DNA from: an uncultured Collinsella sp.
Lineage (GTDB): Bacteria > Actinomycetota > Coriobacteriia > Coriobacteriales > Coriobacteriaceae
NCBI GenBank assembly: GCA_900752545.1
Contig: CAADVS010000038.1
Location: 6,083 to 70,082 of the forward strand
Direction: 5' to 3'
Length of the DNA stretch: 64,000 bases
The notes under the pieces are model-generated. The model was not told the DNA's origin and did no database searches. It was given only the letters and a program-made list of their open reading frames with translations. Positions within the stretch are counted from its first letter, which is position 1; each line of letters opens with the position of its first letter. Below, piece after piece: positions 47,857 to 58,421 of the stretch. A program made the translations under genes and the position numbers.

Positions 47857-49161
47857 CTACTTGCGCAGCGGCTTGGGCAGCGGGATGCCGGCGGCGATGA
47901 CGGCCGCGATAATCATGCAGACGATACCCTTGAGTGGGAAACACATAAGCAGCAGGCCCACAACCATGACAGGCTGGCGCATGACGGCGCCCATCGTCGA
48001 TGCCGTGCAGACGGCGACGCAAAAGACCGGATCTGCGCCGGTGAGGATGGCAAGGCCATAGCCCAGGCTTACGCCCGAGAAGATAACGGGGAAGAAGTGG
48101 CCGCCGCGCCAACCAAGGTTGATGAGGGCGGGCGTCAGCATGGCCTTAACAAGACCGGTCGCGATAAGCACGCCGGCGGGAATGGTGAGGTAGGTCTCCA
48201 TAAGTACATCGGCCTGGGTCTCGCCGGCAAACATGGTGTAGGGCAAGACCGTGCCGCAGATGGCGAGCGCCAGACCAGCCAGCATGGCCTTGACGACAGG
48301 ACGCTCCCCTATTGCATGGGACAGCGCCTCGCTCGCGTGCTCCGAGACAAAGTACAGCCAGCCGCAAACGGTGCCAACCAACGCCAGCGGGATGAGCCAG
48401 GCAAGCTCCAGGTTGCCCACCTCGGCGGCCTCGAACCTGGGCATGCCCATGCCGCCGCCCACAAGTTGGCCAAGCAGCAGGTAGGTGCCCAGACCGCCAG
48501 CGATCGCGATACCGTAGACCACAGTCTTCTGTGCCTTGGGCAGCTTGATGGTGATCTCGCCGGACGCGGACCCATCGTCGGCGTCTTCGCCCTGGCCGTC
48601 GGCGCTACCGGCGAGCGGCGCCACAAAGCCAAAGACGGGCGCGGTAAAGAGCGCCGTCAGCGCGGCCTGGGTGCCCAGCAGCGTGAGCTCCCTAAACTCG
48701 GCGCCAAAGCGGCGCATGCGGTCGCCGACCCAGCTGCACAGACCCGCGATAACGCCGGTCAGGCCGGCCTCCGGTCCAATACTTCCGCCAAACAGCAGCG
48801 GCAGCAATGCCGCGAGCGAAAGCCTGCCCAGATTGTCATACGGGTAGCGCCCATCTTGCTTAACCTTAGCCATCACCTGGTTGAGGTCGTCGGTCTTGGT
48901 GCCCGTAAGCTTTTCGTACAGACCGATCAGCAGGCCGCCCAGCAGGCAGACAAAAAACGGATACGGCAGAAAACCGAACGGGCCGCTGGCGAGTTCGGGC
49001 GACGCCGCGCCCAGCATGTGGGGGATCTCGGTCCACAGATAGTCGATACCGTGCTCCATCGCAAAAAAGAACAGCCAGACCGCGGCACCTGCGAACGCAC
49101 CGGTCACGGCAACGCTAACTAAAAACAGCGCGCGGTTTGTGGGTTTGGCAAGGTTGTCCAT
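47857..49161 (-). CDS. CLC chloride channel family protein
   Basis: GGSIGPEAG, GWRGGHFFP, multiple TM. Confidence 0.85.
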   Translation of the reverse strand: MDNLAKPTNRALFLVSVAVTGAFAGAAVWLFFFAMEHGIDYLWTEIPHMLGAASPELASGPFGFLPYPFFVCLLGGLLIGLYEKLTGTKTDDLNQVMAKVKQDGRYPYDNLGRLSLAALLPLLFGGSIGPEAGLTGVIAGLCSWVGDRMRRFGAEFRELTLLGTQAALTALFTAPVFGFVAPLAGSADGQGEDADDGSASGEITIKLPKAQKTVVYGIAIAGGLGTYLLLGQLVGGGMGMPRFEAAEVGNLELAWLIPLALVGTVCGWLYFVSEHASEALSHAIGERPVVKAMLAGLALAICGTVLPYTMFAGETQADVLMETYLTIPAGVLIATGLVKAMLTPALINLGWRGGHFFPVIFSGVSLGYGLAILTGADPVFCVAVCTASTMGAVMRQPVMVVGLLLMCFPLKGIVCMIIAAVIAAGIPLPKPLRK

Positions 49162-49286
49162 CGGGTCCTCCCGCGGTCAAAGTCGACATAATTACGTTTT
49201 ATTGTAGAGCGAGCGTTGCCCAGACAAGCCAACCATCTGCGCCACAAACGGCACCATTGGGAGTCATAGTGGGGCAGGCTCAAGAC

Positions 49287-49820
49287 TTATCCGTTGATAA
49301 TCGAGACAATCTCGCGCAAATCGTCGGCAAAGTAGATGCCTTGCTGGCGCCTCGGGCTCGAAAGCCCCTTATCAATCATGTGCCCGAGCAGCGCCTTGAG
49401 GTCGTTGTAGTAACCGTCAAGGTTATACAGGATGCACGGAGCACTCAGGTGCCCCAACGACACCGCGGACATGACCTCGGCAATCTCCTCGAGCGTGCCC
49501 GTCCCACCGGGAAAGGCAATGAACGCATCGCCGAGCTCAATCATCTTGGCCTTGCGCTCGGCCATATCGCTCGTCGCGATGAGGTCATCGATGCCGTCGT
49601 GCTGAAACTCGGCCTCTATAAAAAAGCTCGGCTCAACACCCGTCACGTGTCCACCTGCCTCGAGTACGCTATCGGCGAGCGCGCCCATCAGGCCCGATTT
49701 GGACCCGCCGTATACCAGCGCGTGCCCGTTGGAGCCAATCCAGTTGCCCAGCTCTTGCACCGCAGGCAGAAACGCCGGGTCATTGCCGACGCTGGCGCCC
49801 AGGTATACCGTGATATTCAT
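49287..49820 (-). CDS. LOG family protein (nucleotide phosphoribohydrolase, TIGR00730-like)
   Basis: LVYGG..GLMG, M.ERK..M, PGGTGTLEE. Confidence 0.9.
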   Translation of the reverse strand: MNITVYLGASVGNDPAFLPAVQELGNWIGSNGHALVYGGSKSGLMGALADSVLEAGGHVTGVEPSFFIEAEFQHDGIDDLIATSDMAERKAKMIELGDAFIAFPGGTGTLEEIAEVMSAVSLGHLSAPCILYNLDGYYNDLKALLGHMIDKGLSSPRRQQGIYFADDLREIVSIING

Positions 49821-49856
49821 ATTCAGTCCCCCTCGTCGTGACGCGCGGCGCCCGTT

Positions 49857-50282
49857 CTAGCGTTGGCGTCGGCGATATTCGCGCACACGGCGCGACAGGT
49901 CGGCGAGCTCGTCACGATCGAGCTCTTCCAAATGCTCCAGATCGTCCATAAAGCGCGCCATGGTGTCCTTTTGGCGCAGCTTGATGAGCGTATTGCAGTA
50001 GTTCACCGCCACACCCGTGAGCATGGCAATGTAGAAGATGCTGATGACGCTCAGGACGACGGTAATAGCACGGGCGACCGGCGTTTCGGCCGGGATATCG
50101 CCAAAGCCGATGGTCGAGACGGTCTCAAAGCTAAACCAGAGGCCATCGCCAAACGTAAGGGTCGTGGGCTCGGACAGCCAGACAGCCGTCGAGCACAGCA
50201 GATAGAAGATGAGGAACAGGCCCGTGATACGCACGAAACCGGCCTGGCGCAAAACATCGGCAAGCGTCCTCAGCTTTTTCAT
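49857..50282 (-). CDS. Two-TM potassium channel family protein
   Basis: LWFSFETVSTIGFGD selectivity filter flanked by two TM helices. Confidence 0.85.
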   Translation of the reverse strand: MKKLRTLADVLRQAGFVRITGLFLIFYLLCSTAVWLSEPTTLTFGDGLWFSFETVSTIGFGDIPAETPVARAITVVLSVISIFYIAMLTGVAVNYCNTLIKLRQKDTMARFMDDLEHLEELDRDELADLSRRVREYRRRQR

Positions 50283-50332
50283 CTCGACCCCTTTTCCCAG
50301 ACGCCCAATCACGTTTGCTCGGTATTGTCCCA

Positions 50333-50408
50333 CAACCGGCAGTTAGGCAACCGGCAGTTAGGGACGTTCCTTTTGTGCCGGCAGAAAGGGACTGTCCCCA
50401 ACTGCCGG
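50333..50408. repeat. Composite REP-like palindrome (A and B cores) with 15-bp tandem duplication
   Basis: CAACCGGCAGTTAGG x2; arms CCGGCAGTTAGGGAC / GTCCCCAACTGCCGG enclosing GGGACGTTC and AAAGGGACTGTCCC. Confidence 0.72.
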
Positions 50409-50462
50409 ACGGGACCGTTTAGCGGTGCGGCGGCCGACTGGGCAGGCTGAGCTGGTATCCTT

Positions 50463-53300
50463 ATGCGGTATTGTCTCGATTCGTTAGGATTGCACGTGAG
50501 AGCTTCCGCTGTCCTTCGTTCAGTTATATGTCGCACCCTGGCCGTCGCGCTTGCTGCGTTCGCCGTACTGAGCGCCGTCATACCCGTCCCCGCCTTTGCC
50601 GCCGACTCTGACCAGCAGGTCAAGACGGTCCGCGTTGGCTGGCTTATCAACAACGAAGGCTTCCAGGACGGCACCCCCGGCGAGCGTCTCTCGGGCTGGG
50701 GTTATGACTACCTGCAGACGCTGTCATACTACACGCCGGGCTGGCAATACGAATACGTCTCCGGCACCTTCACCGAGCTTATGGACATGCTCGAGGCGGG
50801 CGAAATCGACCTCATGCCCAACATCTCCTACTCCGCGGAACGCGCCCAAAAGCTGCTCTTCTCCTCGAACCCCGAGGGCGCCGAGCGCTACTACATCTAC
50901 GCCAAGCCCGATCGCGACGACCTGGCCAAGGGTGACCCCCAAGCGCTCCAGGGCCTTACCATCGGTTGCAACTCCGGTGTTATGCAAACCTTCGTTGGCC
51001 AGCAGTGGCTCGCCAACGAAGGAATCACCTGCACATACAGGGAGTATGACGGAGGCTCCATGCTCTTTGACGCACTCGCAAACGACGAAGTCGACGCCGT
51101 CATCATGAACGACACCATCTCGTCGCCCGATGCGTCGCCCATGTTCTACGTTGGCTCGAGTGACTACTATTTTGCCGTCCCCAAAAGCCGCCCCGACCTG
51201 ATGAACGATATCAATGCCGCCATGACGGCAATCGCCCGCGTCAACCCACGCTATAACGACGAGGTCAAGGCGAATTACTCGGCCCAAAACAGCGGCTCAT
51301 CATCGCTCACCGGCCCCGAGCGCTCCTGGCTCAAAGCAAACGACAACACCATCACGATCGGCTATCTTAAAAACAAACTCCCCTACTGCACGCAAAATGA
51401 CGACGGCGAAATGGAAGGGTCGCTCGCCTCGCTTGCAACGACGTTACACGACAAGTTTGGCATTACGGTTGCAACAGTAGCGTTCTCGAACAACGAGCAA
51501 ATGACCAAAGCCCTTTCCACAGGGACCATCGATGTCGCCCTACCGTTGTTTCGCGACTACTGGCTTGCCGAGCAGGCAGGGGTCATCCTGTCAAACCCGA
51601 TGGGAACGGTTTCCCTAGCCGCCATTCACAGCAGCAGCAACCTGAACAGTGACCTTAAGAACATCGCTTGCACAGCAGACGCGATCGTCAACCGTTTTGA
51701 GCTCGCAAACCTATTCCCCGACGCAAAGGTAACCGAGTATCCGAATGACAACGAGGCACGCGAAGCCCTCAATAAGGGGGAGGCAAGTTGCATCATTGTC
51801 CCCAGTACGCGCTTGAAAACCATCCGCGACACCTACGATATCGAGGATTTCCAAACACAGGAGCTCACCGACACGGCACAGCTATCGTGTTTGATTTCGC
51901 GCGGCAAGCCCGTGCTGTTGGGAATCATTAATAAGGGCATCGTCAATGCTGGCGAATCGCTCTCTGCAAGCAGTTATTCCCCCACATCGTACTCGGCGCA
52001 AGAATCGGATGCGTTTCGACTTCTCTACCGCAACCGCATCGTCATTGCGGCAGTCGTCATCTGCATTTTGCTCACCGGCATCGTCATCCTTGTCTGGTCG
52101 CTTCACCGCGCGCAGAAAGAACAGCAGAAAGCCGACGCTGCCAACGCCGCTAAGACGGCATTCCTCACGCGCATGAGCCACGACATCCGAACGCCGCTCA
52201 ACGGTATCCTGGGCCTTATCGAGATCGAGGAATTGAAGGAAGGCGATATCCAGGTCGCCCGCGAGAGCCGTGCCAAGGCGCGCGTTGCCGCCAATCACCT
52301 GCTCTCGCTGATCAACGACATCCTCGAGATGGGCAAAATCGAAGACCGCAAGCTAACACTGGAGCATGCGCCTTTTAACCTCAAAGAGCTCTGTGACGAT
52401 ACACTGGTGCTGTGCAAGCTCCGCGCGTCCAGTAACGCCATCACAATGCAGGACAATAGTCTGCCGTACGCCACGGGGCCATACATGATCGGCAGTCCCA
52501 CCCATATCCGACAGATCATGATCAACCTGTTAGACAACAGCATTAAGTACAACAAGCACGGCGGCTCCGTCACCTTTAGCTCAAATACCAAGCCACTCGA
52601 TAACGGGCGCGCGCTCTTTTGCTTTAGCGTTTCGGATACCGGCATTGGTATGACTCCCAAGTTTTTAAAGCATATCTATGAGCCGTTTGCCCAAGAAGGT
52701 GACGATGCGCGCAGCAAGTTCCAAGGAACCGGCATGGGCATGCCAATCGTCAAGTCGCTTATTGAACTGATGGGCGGCACCATCGAAGTCACCAGTGAGC
52801 TCCATGTGGGCACCTCGTTCTACGTGGAGATTCCGCTCGATATCGACGAGAATCCCCAGGCGCGGGCGAATACGGTTGAGAGTGCGCCCGACTGCTCGCT
52901 CGCCGACATGAACGTGCTGCTCGTCGAAGACAACGAATTGAATGCCGAGATTGCCCAGGCGCTGCTAGAATCCGAGGGCATCGTGGTCACCCGCGCCGCC
53001 AACGGCAACGAAGTCGTCGATCTGTACCTGTCGCATCCCGCCGGCAGCTTCGATGCCATTTTGATGGACATCATGATGCCGGACATGGACGGCTACGAGG
53101 CAACCCGCGTGATTCGTCTGAGCGAGAAGGTCGATGCAGCCGATATCCCCATCATCGCGCTCACCGCCAACGCCTTTGCCGAAGACGCCAAGGCGGCACA
53201 CGACGCCGGCATGAACGCCCATCTGTCCAAACCGCTCGACTTTAACAAGCTCAAAAACATACTCGCCCGCATCAAGAAAAACGGATCCGTTTCGCTATAG
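50463..53300 (+). CDS. Hybrid sensor histidine kinase: two SBP-like domains, TM, HisKA, HATPase, REC
   Basis: Signal peptide, AGEIDL, MSHDIRTPLNGI, DTGIGM, GTGMGM, LMDIMMP, SKP. Start codon uncertain. Confidence 0.92.
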   Translation: MRYCLDSLGLHVRASAVLRSVICRTLAVALAAFAVLSAVIPVPAFAADSDQQVKTVRVGWLINNEGFQDGTPGERLSGWGYDYLQTLSYYTPGWQYEYVSGTFTELMDMLEAGEIDLMPNISYSAERAQKLLFSSNPEGAERYYIYAKPDRDDLAKGDPQALQGLTIGCNSGVMQTFVGQQWLANEGITCTYREYDGGSMLFDALANDEVDAVIMNDTISSPDASPMFYVGSSDYYFAVPKSRPDLMNDINAAMTAIARVNPRYNDEVKANYSAQNSGSSSLTGPERSWLKANDNTITIGYLKNKLPYCTQNDDGEMEGSLASLATTLHDKFGITVATVAFSNNEQMTKALSTGTIDVALPLFRDYWLAEQAGVILSNPMGTVSLAAIHSSSNLNSDLKNIACTADAIVNRFELANLFPDAKVTEYPNDNEAREALNKGEASCIIVPSTRLKTIRDTYDIEDFQTQELTDTAQLSCLISRGKPVLLGIINKGIVNAGESLSASSYSPTSYSAQESDAFRLLYRNRIVIAAVVICILLTGIVILVWSLHRAQKEQQKADAANAAKTAFLTRMSHDIRTPLNGILGLIEIEELKEGDIQVARESRAKARVAANHLLSLINDILEMGKIEDRKLTLEHAPFNLKELCDDTLVLCKLRASSNAITMQDNSLPYATGPYMIGSPTHIRQIMINLLDNSIKYNKHGGSVTFSSNTKPLDNGRALFCFSVSDTGIGMTPKFLKHIYEPFAQEGDDARSKFQGTGMGMPIVKSLIELMGGTIEVTSELHVGTSFYVEIPLDIDENPQARANTVESAPDCSLADMNVLLVEDNELNAEIAQALLESEGIVVTRAANGNEVVDLYLSHPAGSFDAILMDIMMPDMDGYEATRVIRLSEKVDAADIPIIALTANAFAEDAKAAHDAGMNAHLSKPLDFNKLKNILARIKKNGSVSL

Positions 53301-53342
53301 TTTGTGCTCAACCACCACGCACGACCAGAAAGGAAGCCAACG

Positions 53343-53822
53343 ATGTTTAGGCCCTTACGTCGAAAGAAACGCGCCATCACCGACGAGGAAGCGCGCGAGC
53401 TGCTCGCTACCTGCAAGCGCGGCGTCTTTGCCGTCAACGGCGACGATGGCTACCCGTACGCCATTCCCGTCAACTACTTCTTTGACACCGAGCACGACAA
53501 GATTTATTTCCATGGCGCCAAGGCCGGCCACAAGGTCGATTCACTCAAGCGCGATGACAAGGTCTGCTTTACCGTTTACGGCAACGAGTGGTACAAGGAC
53601 GGTGACTGGGCTCCCTACGTTATGAGTACCGTGGTTTTTGGCCGCTGTCGCCTGGCGAATGACACCCCCGCGTTTATCGAGGATAAAGTCCGCCAGCTCG
53701 CGCTTAAGTACTACCCTTCTGCCGAGGAGGTCGAAGAGGAAATCGCCAAGGACATTAAGGGCGTCCAGCTCTACGAGATTACGATTGAGCATCTCTGCGG
53801 CAAGCAGATTCAGGAAAAGTAA
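53343..53822 (+). CDS. Pyridoxamine 5'-phosphate oxidase-like / NimA-like flavin-binding protein
   Basis: MFRPLRR, GYPYAIPVNY, IYFHGA..GHK.D, KVCFTV, VVFGRC. Confidence 0.85.
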   Translation: MFRPLRRKKRAITDEEARELLATCKRGVFAVNGDDGYPYAIPVNYFFDTEHDKIYFHGAKAGHKVDSLKRDDKVCFTVYGNEWYKDGDWAPYVMSTVVFGRCRLANDTPAFIEDKVRQLALKYYPSAEEVEEEIAKDIKGVQLYEITIEHLCGKQIQEK

Positions 53823-53849
53823 GCCCCTCAGCAGGTCTCATCAATAACA

Positions 53850-53889
53850 ATATGGCCCGGTTCCAACCCACCTTGGAACCGGGCCATAT
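53850..53889. terminator. Bidirectional terminator hairpin
   Basis: ATATGGCCCGGTTCCAA...TTGGAACCGGGCCATAT between convergent genes. Confidence 0.65.
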
Positions 53890-53891
53890 GC

Positions 53892-56084
53892 TTATGAAGC
53901 GTCGGCGGCGATGTGCGCTAGCGCCTCGACGAGCTCTTGCGAGCTCACGGGTTTACTCAGGTGCGCGTCCATGCCCGCCTCACGCGAAAGCCTGCGGTCG
54001 TCGGCAAAGGCGTTGGCACTCACAGCGATAATCGGCGTGGTCGCGGCATCCTCGCGATCGAGTGCTCGAATCTGACGCGTGGCCTCAAGGCCATCGATGC
54101 CAGGCATCATGATGTCCATCAACACCGCGTCGTACTCGTACGGCGCGCTCGCGGCAAACATCTCGACGGCAGACTCGCCATCCTTAGCATGCGTCACGAC
54201 GGCACCGGCACGGCTGAGCGTAAACTGCGCGATCTCGGCATTCAGATCGTTATCCTCTACGAGCAAAACGCGCAAGCCCTGGAGCGCATCGCCGTCTCCT
54301 GTGTCCACGCGCACTGCCTGAGGAATCTCGGAGCGGTCGCACTTCTCGAACGGCAGGCGGATGGTAAACGTCGTCCCCTGCCCCAAGGTGCTCGAAAAGC
54401 TCATGGTTCCGCCCATAAGCTCGACCAACTGTTTTGCGATAGGCGCGCCCAGGCCAGTTCCCGATGAAGCGCCTTCCACCTGTTGCTCCTCGCGGCAAAA
54501 CGGCTCGTAGAGGTGCTGTTGGAACTCCTCGCTCATACCAATACCGTTGTCGGCGATCGTGTATTCATAGACGGGGACGCCATCCGCTGGCTCCACCTCG
54601 CGGCACACCAGGCGAACATAGCCGCCTTGGCGGTTGTACTTGACGGCATTGCCGGCAATATTGAGCAACAAGCGCTTGAGGTGCGTCACGCTCACCCGCG
54701 CATAGGGATGATTAAGCGTCTGCTGGTCGCAGATAATTGTCACCAGACGTTCCTCGGCCTGGCGCTCCAGAATATCGCGCACTTCGCAGTTGAGGGCCAC
54801 CAAATTTATGGGTACGAGGTTCAGGTCGACCTGCCCGCTCTCCAGGCGACTCATATCCAGAGCCTCGTTGGCAAGGTCGAGCAGCAGTCCCGATGCCGTC
54901 CAGATTTTTAAACGGCACTCAGTCTGCTTTTGCAGATCGTCCGCATTGGCATCGCCAACCTCGACCATGCCGCGAATGCCGTTGATGGGCGTGCGCAGAT
55001 CGTGGCTCATGCGGCGCAAAAACTCCGTCTTTGCCGAGTTGGCAGACGAGGCCTCACGCGCCGCCTTTGCCAGCTTGTCGCCATAGTCGCGCTCCTGCTG
55101 CAGCAAGTCCGTCAAACGTCGACGGTCAGCGCGGCGACGCACCATCACAACAACGGCTACAACACCGCTGTAGAGCACCAGCACGCCGGCAGCAACAGCC
55201 GCGACAACCTCAAAGTAGCGCCGCGCCGAGGCATAGGTGTACACGAAGAACCCGCGCGCTTTTCCAAATGTGCCCAAACACCACTCGCCATTGGCGTTGA
55301 CCAATCTGACCTTACCAGCCGGGCACCGATCCTTTATACCGTCGACAATGAAGGCATCCGTCGCAGGCAGATCAAATACGCCCAATATGGTGGGTTCAAC
55401 GGCATTGGTCGCAACGACCTTGCCATCGCTTTCAATCACGATATTGCCGCTGTCAATGGTCTCATAACCACCGAGCAGGCTCTGCAGTTTGAGCGTATTG
55501 CTTGCAACTGCCTTCGCGCTCTGATGCCTTACCGCGATAACGATGCCCTCGCCATCTTGCCGGGTCACGCAGCCAATGTCTGCGACCGAGTCATCCGCAA
55601 GTGTGATGCGGGCGGTATAGGACTTAAGCGGATAGGCTGCTACCTCCAGCACGGGCGCTTCCTTGAGATACGTAGCGATCGACTCGTAGCCCACGCCATC
55701 CGTCGAGGACTCGGACACCAAATTGCCCGATGCGTCCGTCACGATCAGTGCGCTCACGTTGAACTGGTCGGCATATTGCTCCAGCGTGGCGTTATCCACC
55801 GAGCCGTCGCGCTCCATATCGCGCGCTGCCTCTCCGGCAATCTCCATAACGCGAATCAGGTTTTTGGTCGCATAGGCGCTATTGAACGCATCGTAGGAAA
55901 GGCTCTGCGTCGCCACGTAATCGACAACGTCGGCAAAGCGCTGCTCGGCTTGGGCCGTCGTGTAACCGTAGCTCATCATGCCGGCAACAACCGAGAGCGC
56001 TATCCCCAGCAGAGCGACAAGGAGCCATGCCCCCGCCGAACGATTGCCCCGCTCCTGAGCGGCGTGGTCGGGCGCATCGATCAT
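53892..56084 (-). CDS. Hybrid sensor histidine kinase (TM-extracellular-TM-HisKA-HATPase-REC)
   Basis: MSHDLRTPINGI, NAVKY, DNGIGM, GTGLG, LMDIMMP, SKP. Confidence 0.92.
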   Translation of the reverse strand: MIDAPDHAAQERGNRSAGAWLLVALLGIALSVVAGMMSYGYTTAQAEQRFADVVDYVATQSLSYDAFNSAYATKNLIRVMEIAGEAARDMERDGSVDNATLEQYADQFNVSALIVTDASGNLVSESSTDGVGYESIATYLKEAPVLEVAAYPLKSYTARITLADDSVADIGCVTRQDGEGIVIAVRHQSAKAVASNTLKLQSLLGGYETIDSGNIVIESDGKVVATNAVEPTILGVFDLPATDAFIVDGIKDRCPAGKVRLVNANGEWCLGTFGKARGFFVYTYASARRYFEVVAAVAAGVLVLYSGVVAVVVMVRRRADRRRLTDLLQQERDYGDKLAKAAREASSANSAKTEFLRRMSHDLRTPINGIRGMVEVGDANADDLQKQTECRLKIWTASGLLLDLANEALDMSRLESGQVDLNLVPINLVALNCEVRDILERQAEERLVTIICDQQTLNHPYARVSVTHLKRLLLNIAGNAVKYNRQGGYVRLVCREVEPADGVPVYEYTIADNGIGMSEEFQQHLYEPFCREEQQVEGASSGTGLGAPIAKQLVELMGGTMSFSSTLGQGTTFTIRLPFEKCDRSEIPQAVRVDTGDGDALQGLRVLLVEDNDLNAEIAQFTLSRAGAVVTHAKDGESAVEMFAASAPYEYDAVLMDIMMPGIDGLEATRQIRALDREDAATTPIIAVSANAFADDRRLSREAGMDAHLSKPVSSQELVEALAHIAADAS

Positions 56085-56950
56085 GACAGGCCCTCCATAT
56101 TCAAAAATGGCGAAGGGTCATCAAAGTACTTTGACACCAGACGTTCCATGGTGCCATCGGCAAGCATTTCTTGGTAGGCATGGGTAAGCTTGACGTCGAT
56201 GCCACGCGTATCGTTGATATCGAAAGCGGTGCCCAAACCGACCTCTAGCAGCGGCTCATCCAAAATGCGATACGTCACACCATAGTCTTTTTCGTAGGTG
56301 AGCAGCGAGGACTCATGCGCGGCGATGGCGTCGACCAGACCCTCAACAAGCGCTGGGTTCAGGTATGAGTGGTCCGAAAAGCTGTAGAGCTCTTTGATCT
56401 GCGGAACGTTTTCATTTGTACGATTGAGCAAAATGCCCTCGGGCTTGGTGGTGGACTGGACCGCCACGACCTTATCCTCAAGATCGGCAAGCGTGTAGAT
56501 ATCGCTCTGGGGATCGACCACGACCACCTGGCGGCTCGCAAGGTACGGGCCGGCCCAACGATACTCGTTTTCGCGACCCGTCATGCTAAAGCTGCCCATG
56601 ACGCAATCGAGCTCGCCGCTCGCCAGCAGCTCTTTCTTCTTTTCCCAATCGATCAGCTGGTACTTTGGCTTGTAACCAATGCGGGCCAAAGCCTCGGTTA
56701 GTATCTCGACATCCAGGCCAACGATATCGCCGTACTCGTCGGTATACACAAACGGCGGATAGAGGTCGCTGCCAACGTTGAGCGTCTTAAGGTCGTTGTC
56801 TTTGGCTTGCGAGACGTCCAGACCTTCAAATGCAGACGTCGAGGCTCTGCCATTCGACCCGGAACAGCCAGCTACCGCTACGACAAAGGCGCACGCTACC
56901 GCAAGCGCGACAAACAACGATATGGCAACCGAGCGGCGAGGTCTTTTCAT
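56081..56950 (-). CDS. Amino-acid-type substrate-binding lipoprotein (SBP family 3)
   Basis: Lipobox VAGC, YPPF.Y.D..G..VG.D.E, IDW, R...Y; overlaps the kinase start by ATGA. Confidence 0.88.
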   Translation of the reverse strand: MKRPRRSVAISLFVALAVACAFVVAVAGCSGSNGRASTSAFEGLDVSQAKDNDLKTLNVGSDLYPPFVYTDEYGDIVGLDVEILTEALARIGYKPKYQLIDWEKKKELLASGELDCVMGSFSMTGRENEYRWAGPYLASRQVVVVDPQSDIYTLADLEDKVVAVQSTTKPEGILLNRTNENVPQIKELYSFSDHSYLNPALVEGLVDAIAAHESSLLTYEKDYGVTYRILDEPLLEVGLGTAFDINDTRGIDVKLTHAYQEMLADGTMERLVSKYFDDPSPFLNMEGLS

Positions 56951-57094
56951 CGAGCTCCAGAAGATCCTGTTTACAGACTGAAATGGTTAAAGATAATAGC
57001 AAACGAAACCACACGAGTGCCCAATTGTTACAGACGCTTTACCGTGTGGGGCCTTCCAGCCGGCTTGGCAGAAGACCCCGCATGCAGTGCCCAC

Positions 57095-58309
57095 TTACCG
57101 TGCATTAAAAACGTAGCGGTCCAGGCGGTCGCACGCTTCCTTTACGCGCGAAAGCGGCAGCGCCAGATTCACGCGAATGTGGCAGGGCCCGTGGAACGGA
57201 CGGCCATCCTGGTAGCCAACGCCTACGCGCGCCCCCTCGTCGAGCAACCACTGAATATCGCGGCCATGCTCGCGGCACCACTCGGTGCAGTCCAGAAACA
57301 CCATGTACGTGCCCTGCGGACGCGAATAGTACACGCCCTCAAAATGCTCGTCCACGTAATTGCAGAAGTACTCGATATTGCCGGCAAGCACCTGATTGAG
57401 CTCGTCCACCCACTCGTAGCCCTGCGGCTGGTAGGCACCGATAAGCGCATGCATGGAGAGGACGTTCATCTCGTTGTAGTGGGTCTTGTTGGACACGGCG
57501 CACATGCGGTCGCGCAGCGTCTCGTTGTAGATAATGTGGTAGCTGCCGACCAGACCCGCCAGGTTGAACGTCTTGCTCGGCGCATAGAGGGCAACCGTGC
57601 GCATGCGGGCATCCTCGCTCACCGACTGCGTCGGGATATGCTTGTGTCCCGGCAGGATGATATCGGACCAAATCTCGTCCGAGATCACCACGCAATCGTG
57701 CTGGCGATAGATGTCCATGGCGCGCTCGATCTCGTCACGCTCCCATACGCGGCCGCAGGGATTGTGCGGCGAGCAGAACACCGCGGCATGGATGTGATTT
57801 TGGGCGAGCTTGTGCTCCATGTCCTCAAAGTCCATGCGCCACACGCCCTGCTCGTCGAGCTTAAGCGGGCTGTGGACAATGCGATAGCCCGCGGCTTCGA
57901 TGGACTTGGTAAAGCCGATGTAGGTGGGGCTGTGGACCAGCACCGCATCGCCCGGCTGGACATACGCGCGCAGCGTCGACACGACACCGCCCAGCACGCC
58001 GTTTTCGTAGCCGATGTGCTCAGGTGCCAGGCCCTCGACGCCATTGCGGCGGCTCTGCCATTCGATGATGCGATCGAAGTACTCGGGACGCGGATTGAAG
58101 TAGCCAAACATGGGGTGCTGGGCACGCTGAATGATGTGTTCCTGGACCGTGGGCACCGTGGCGAAGTTCATGTCCGCCACCCACATGGGAATGCGGTCGA
58201 AACCCTCGTCGGGTGCGTTCGGAGCCATACCGGGGATCTCACCCCAAGAGTCAACGGCGATGGAGTCCATGCCGTGGCGGTCGATAAGCGAGCTAAAGTC
58301 GTATTTCAT
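57095..58309 (-). CDS. MalY/PatB family PLP enzyme (cystathionine beta-lyase)
   Basis: PMWVADMNF, CSPHNPCGRVW, SDEIWSD, APSKTFNLAG. Confidence 0.92.
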   Translation of the reverse strand: MKYDFSSLIDRHGMDSIAVDSWGEIPGMAPNAPDEGFDRIPMWVADMNFATVPTVQEHIIQRAQHPMFGYFNPRPEYFDRIIEWQSRRNGVEGLAPEHIGYENGVLGGVVSTLRAYVQPGDAVLVHSPTYIGFTKSIEAAGYRIVHSPLKLDEQGVWRMDFEDMEHKLAQNHIHAAVFCSPHNPCGRVWERDEIERAMDIYRQHDCVVISDEIWSDIILPGHKHIPTQSVSEDARMRTVALYAPSKTFNLAGLVGSYHIIYNETLRDRMCAVSNKTHYNEMNVLSMHALIGAYQPQGYEWVDELNQVLAGNIEYFCNYVDEHFEGVYYSRPQGTYMVFLDCTEWCREHGRDIQWLLDEGARVGVGYQDGRPFHGPCHIRVNLALPLSRVKEACDRLDRYVFNAR

Positions 58310-58421
58310 GCTGAACTCCCGTGCGAAGTAGACTGTTTCGATAGGCGTTATTGTCCACCAGCGTGGGCGGTTTTGGCGCGGGGTTTGGCGCTTAATTTGA
58401 CGGGTGCGGACGAATGGTTGG

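Noticed and set aside
53343..53822. Bona fide nim metronidazole-resistance gene
   Set aside because: Only family-level similarity; such flavin-binding proteins are widespread, and resistance cannot be inferred.
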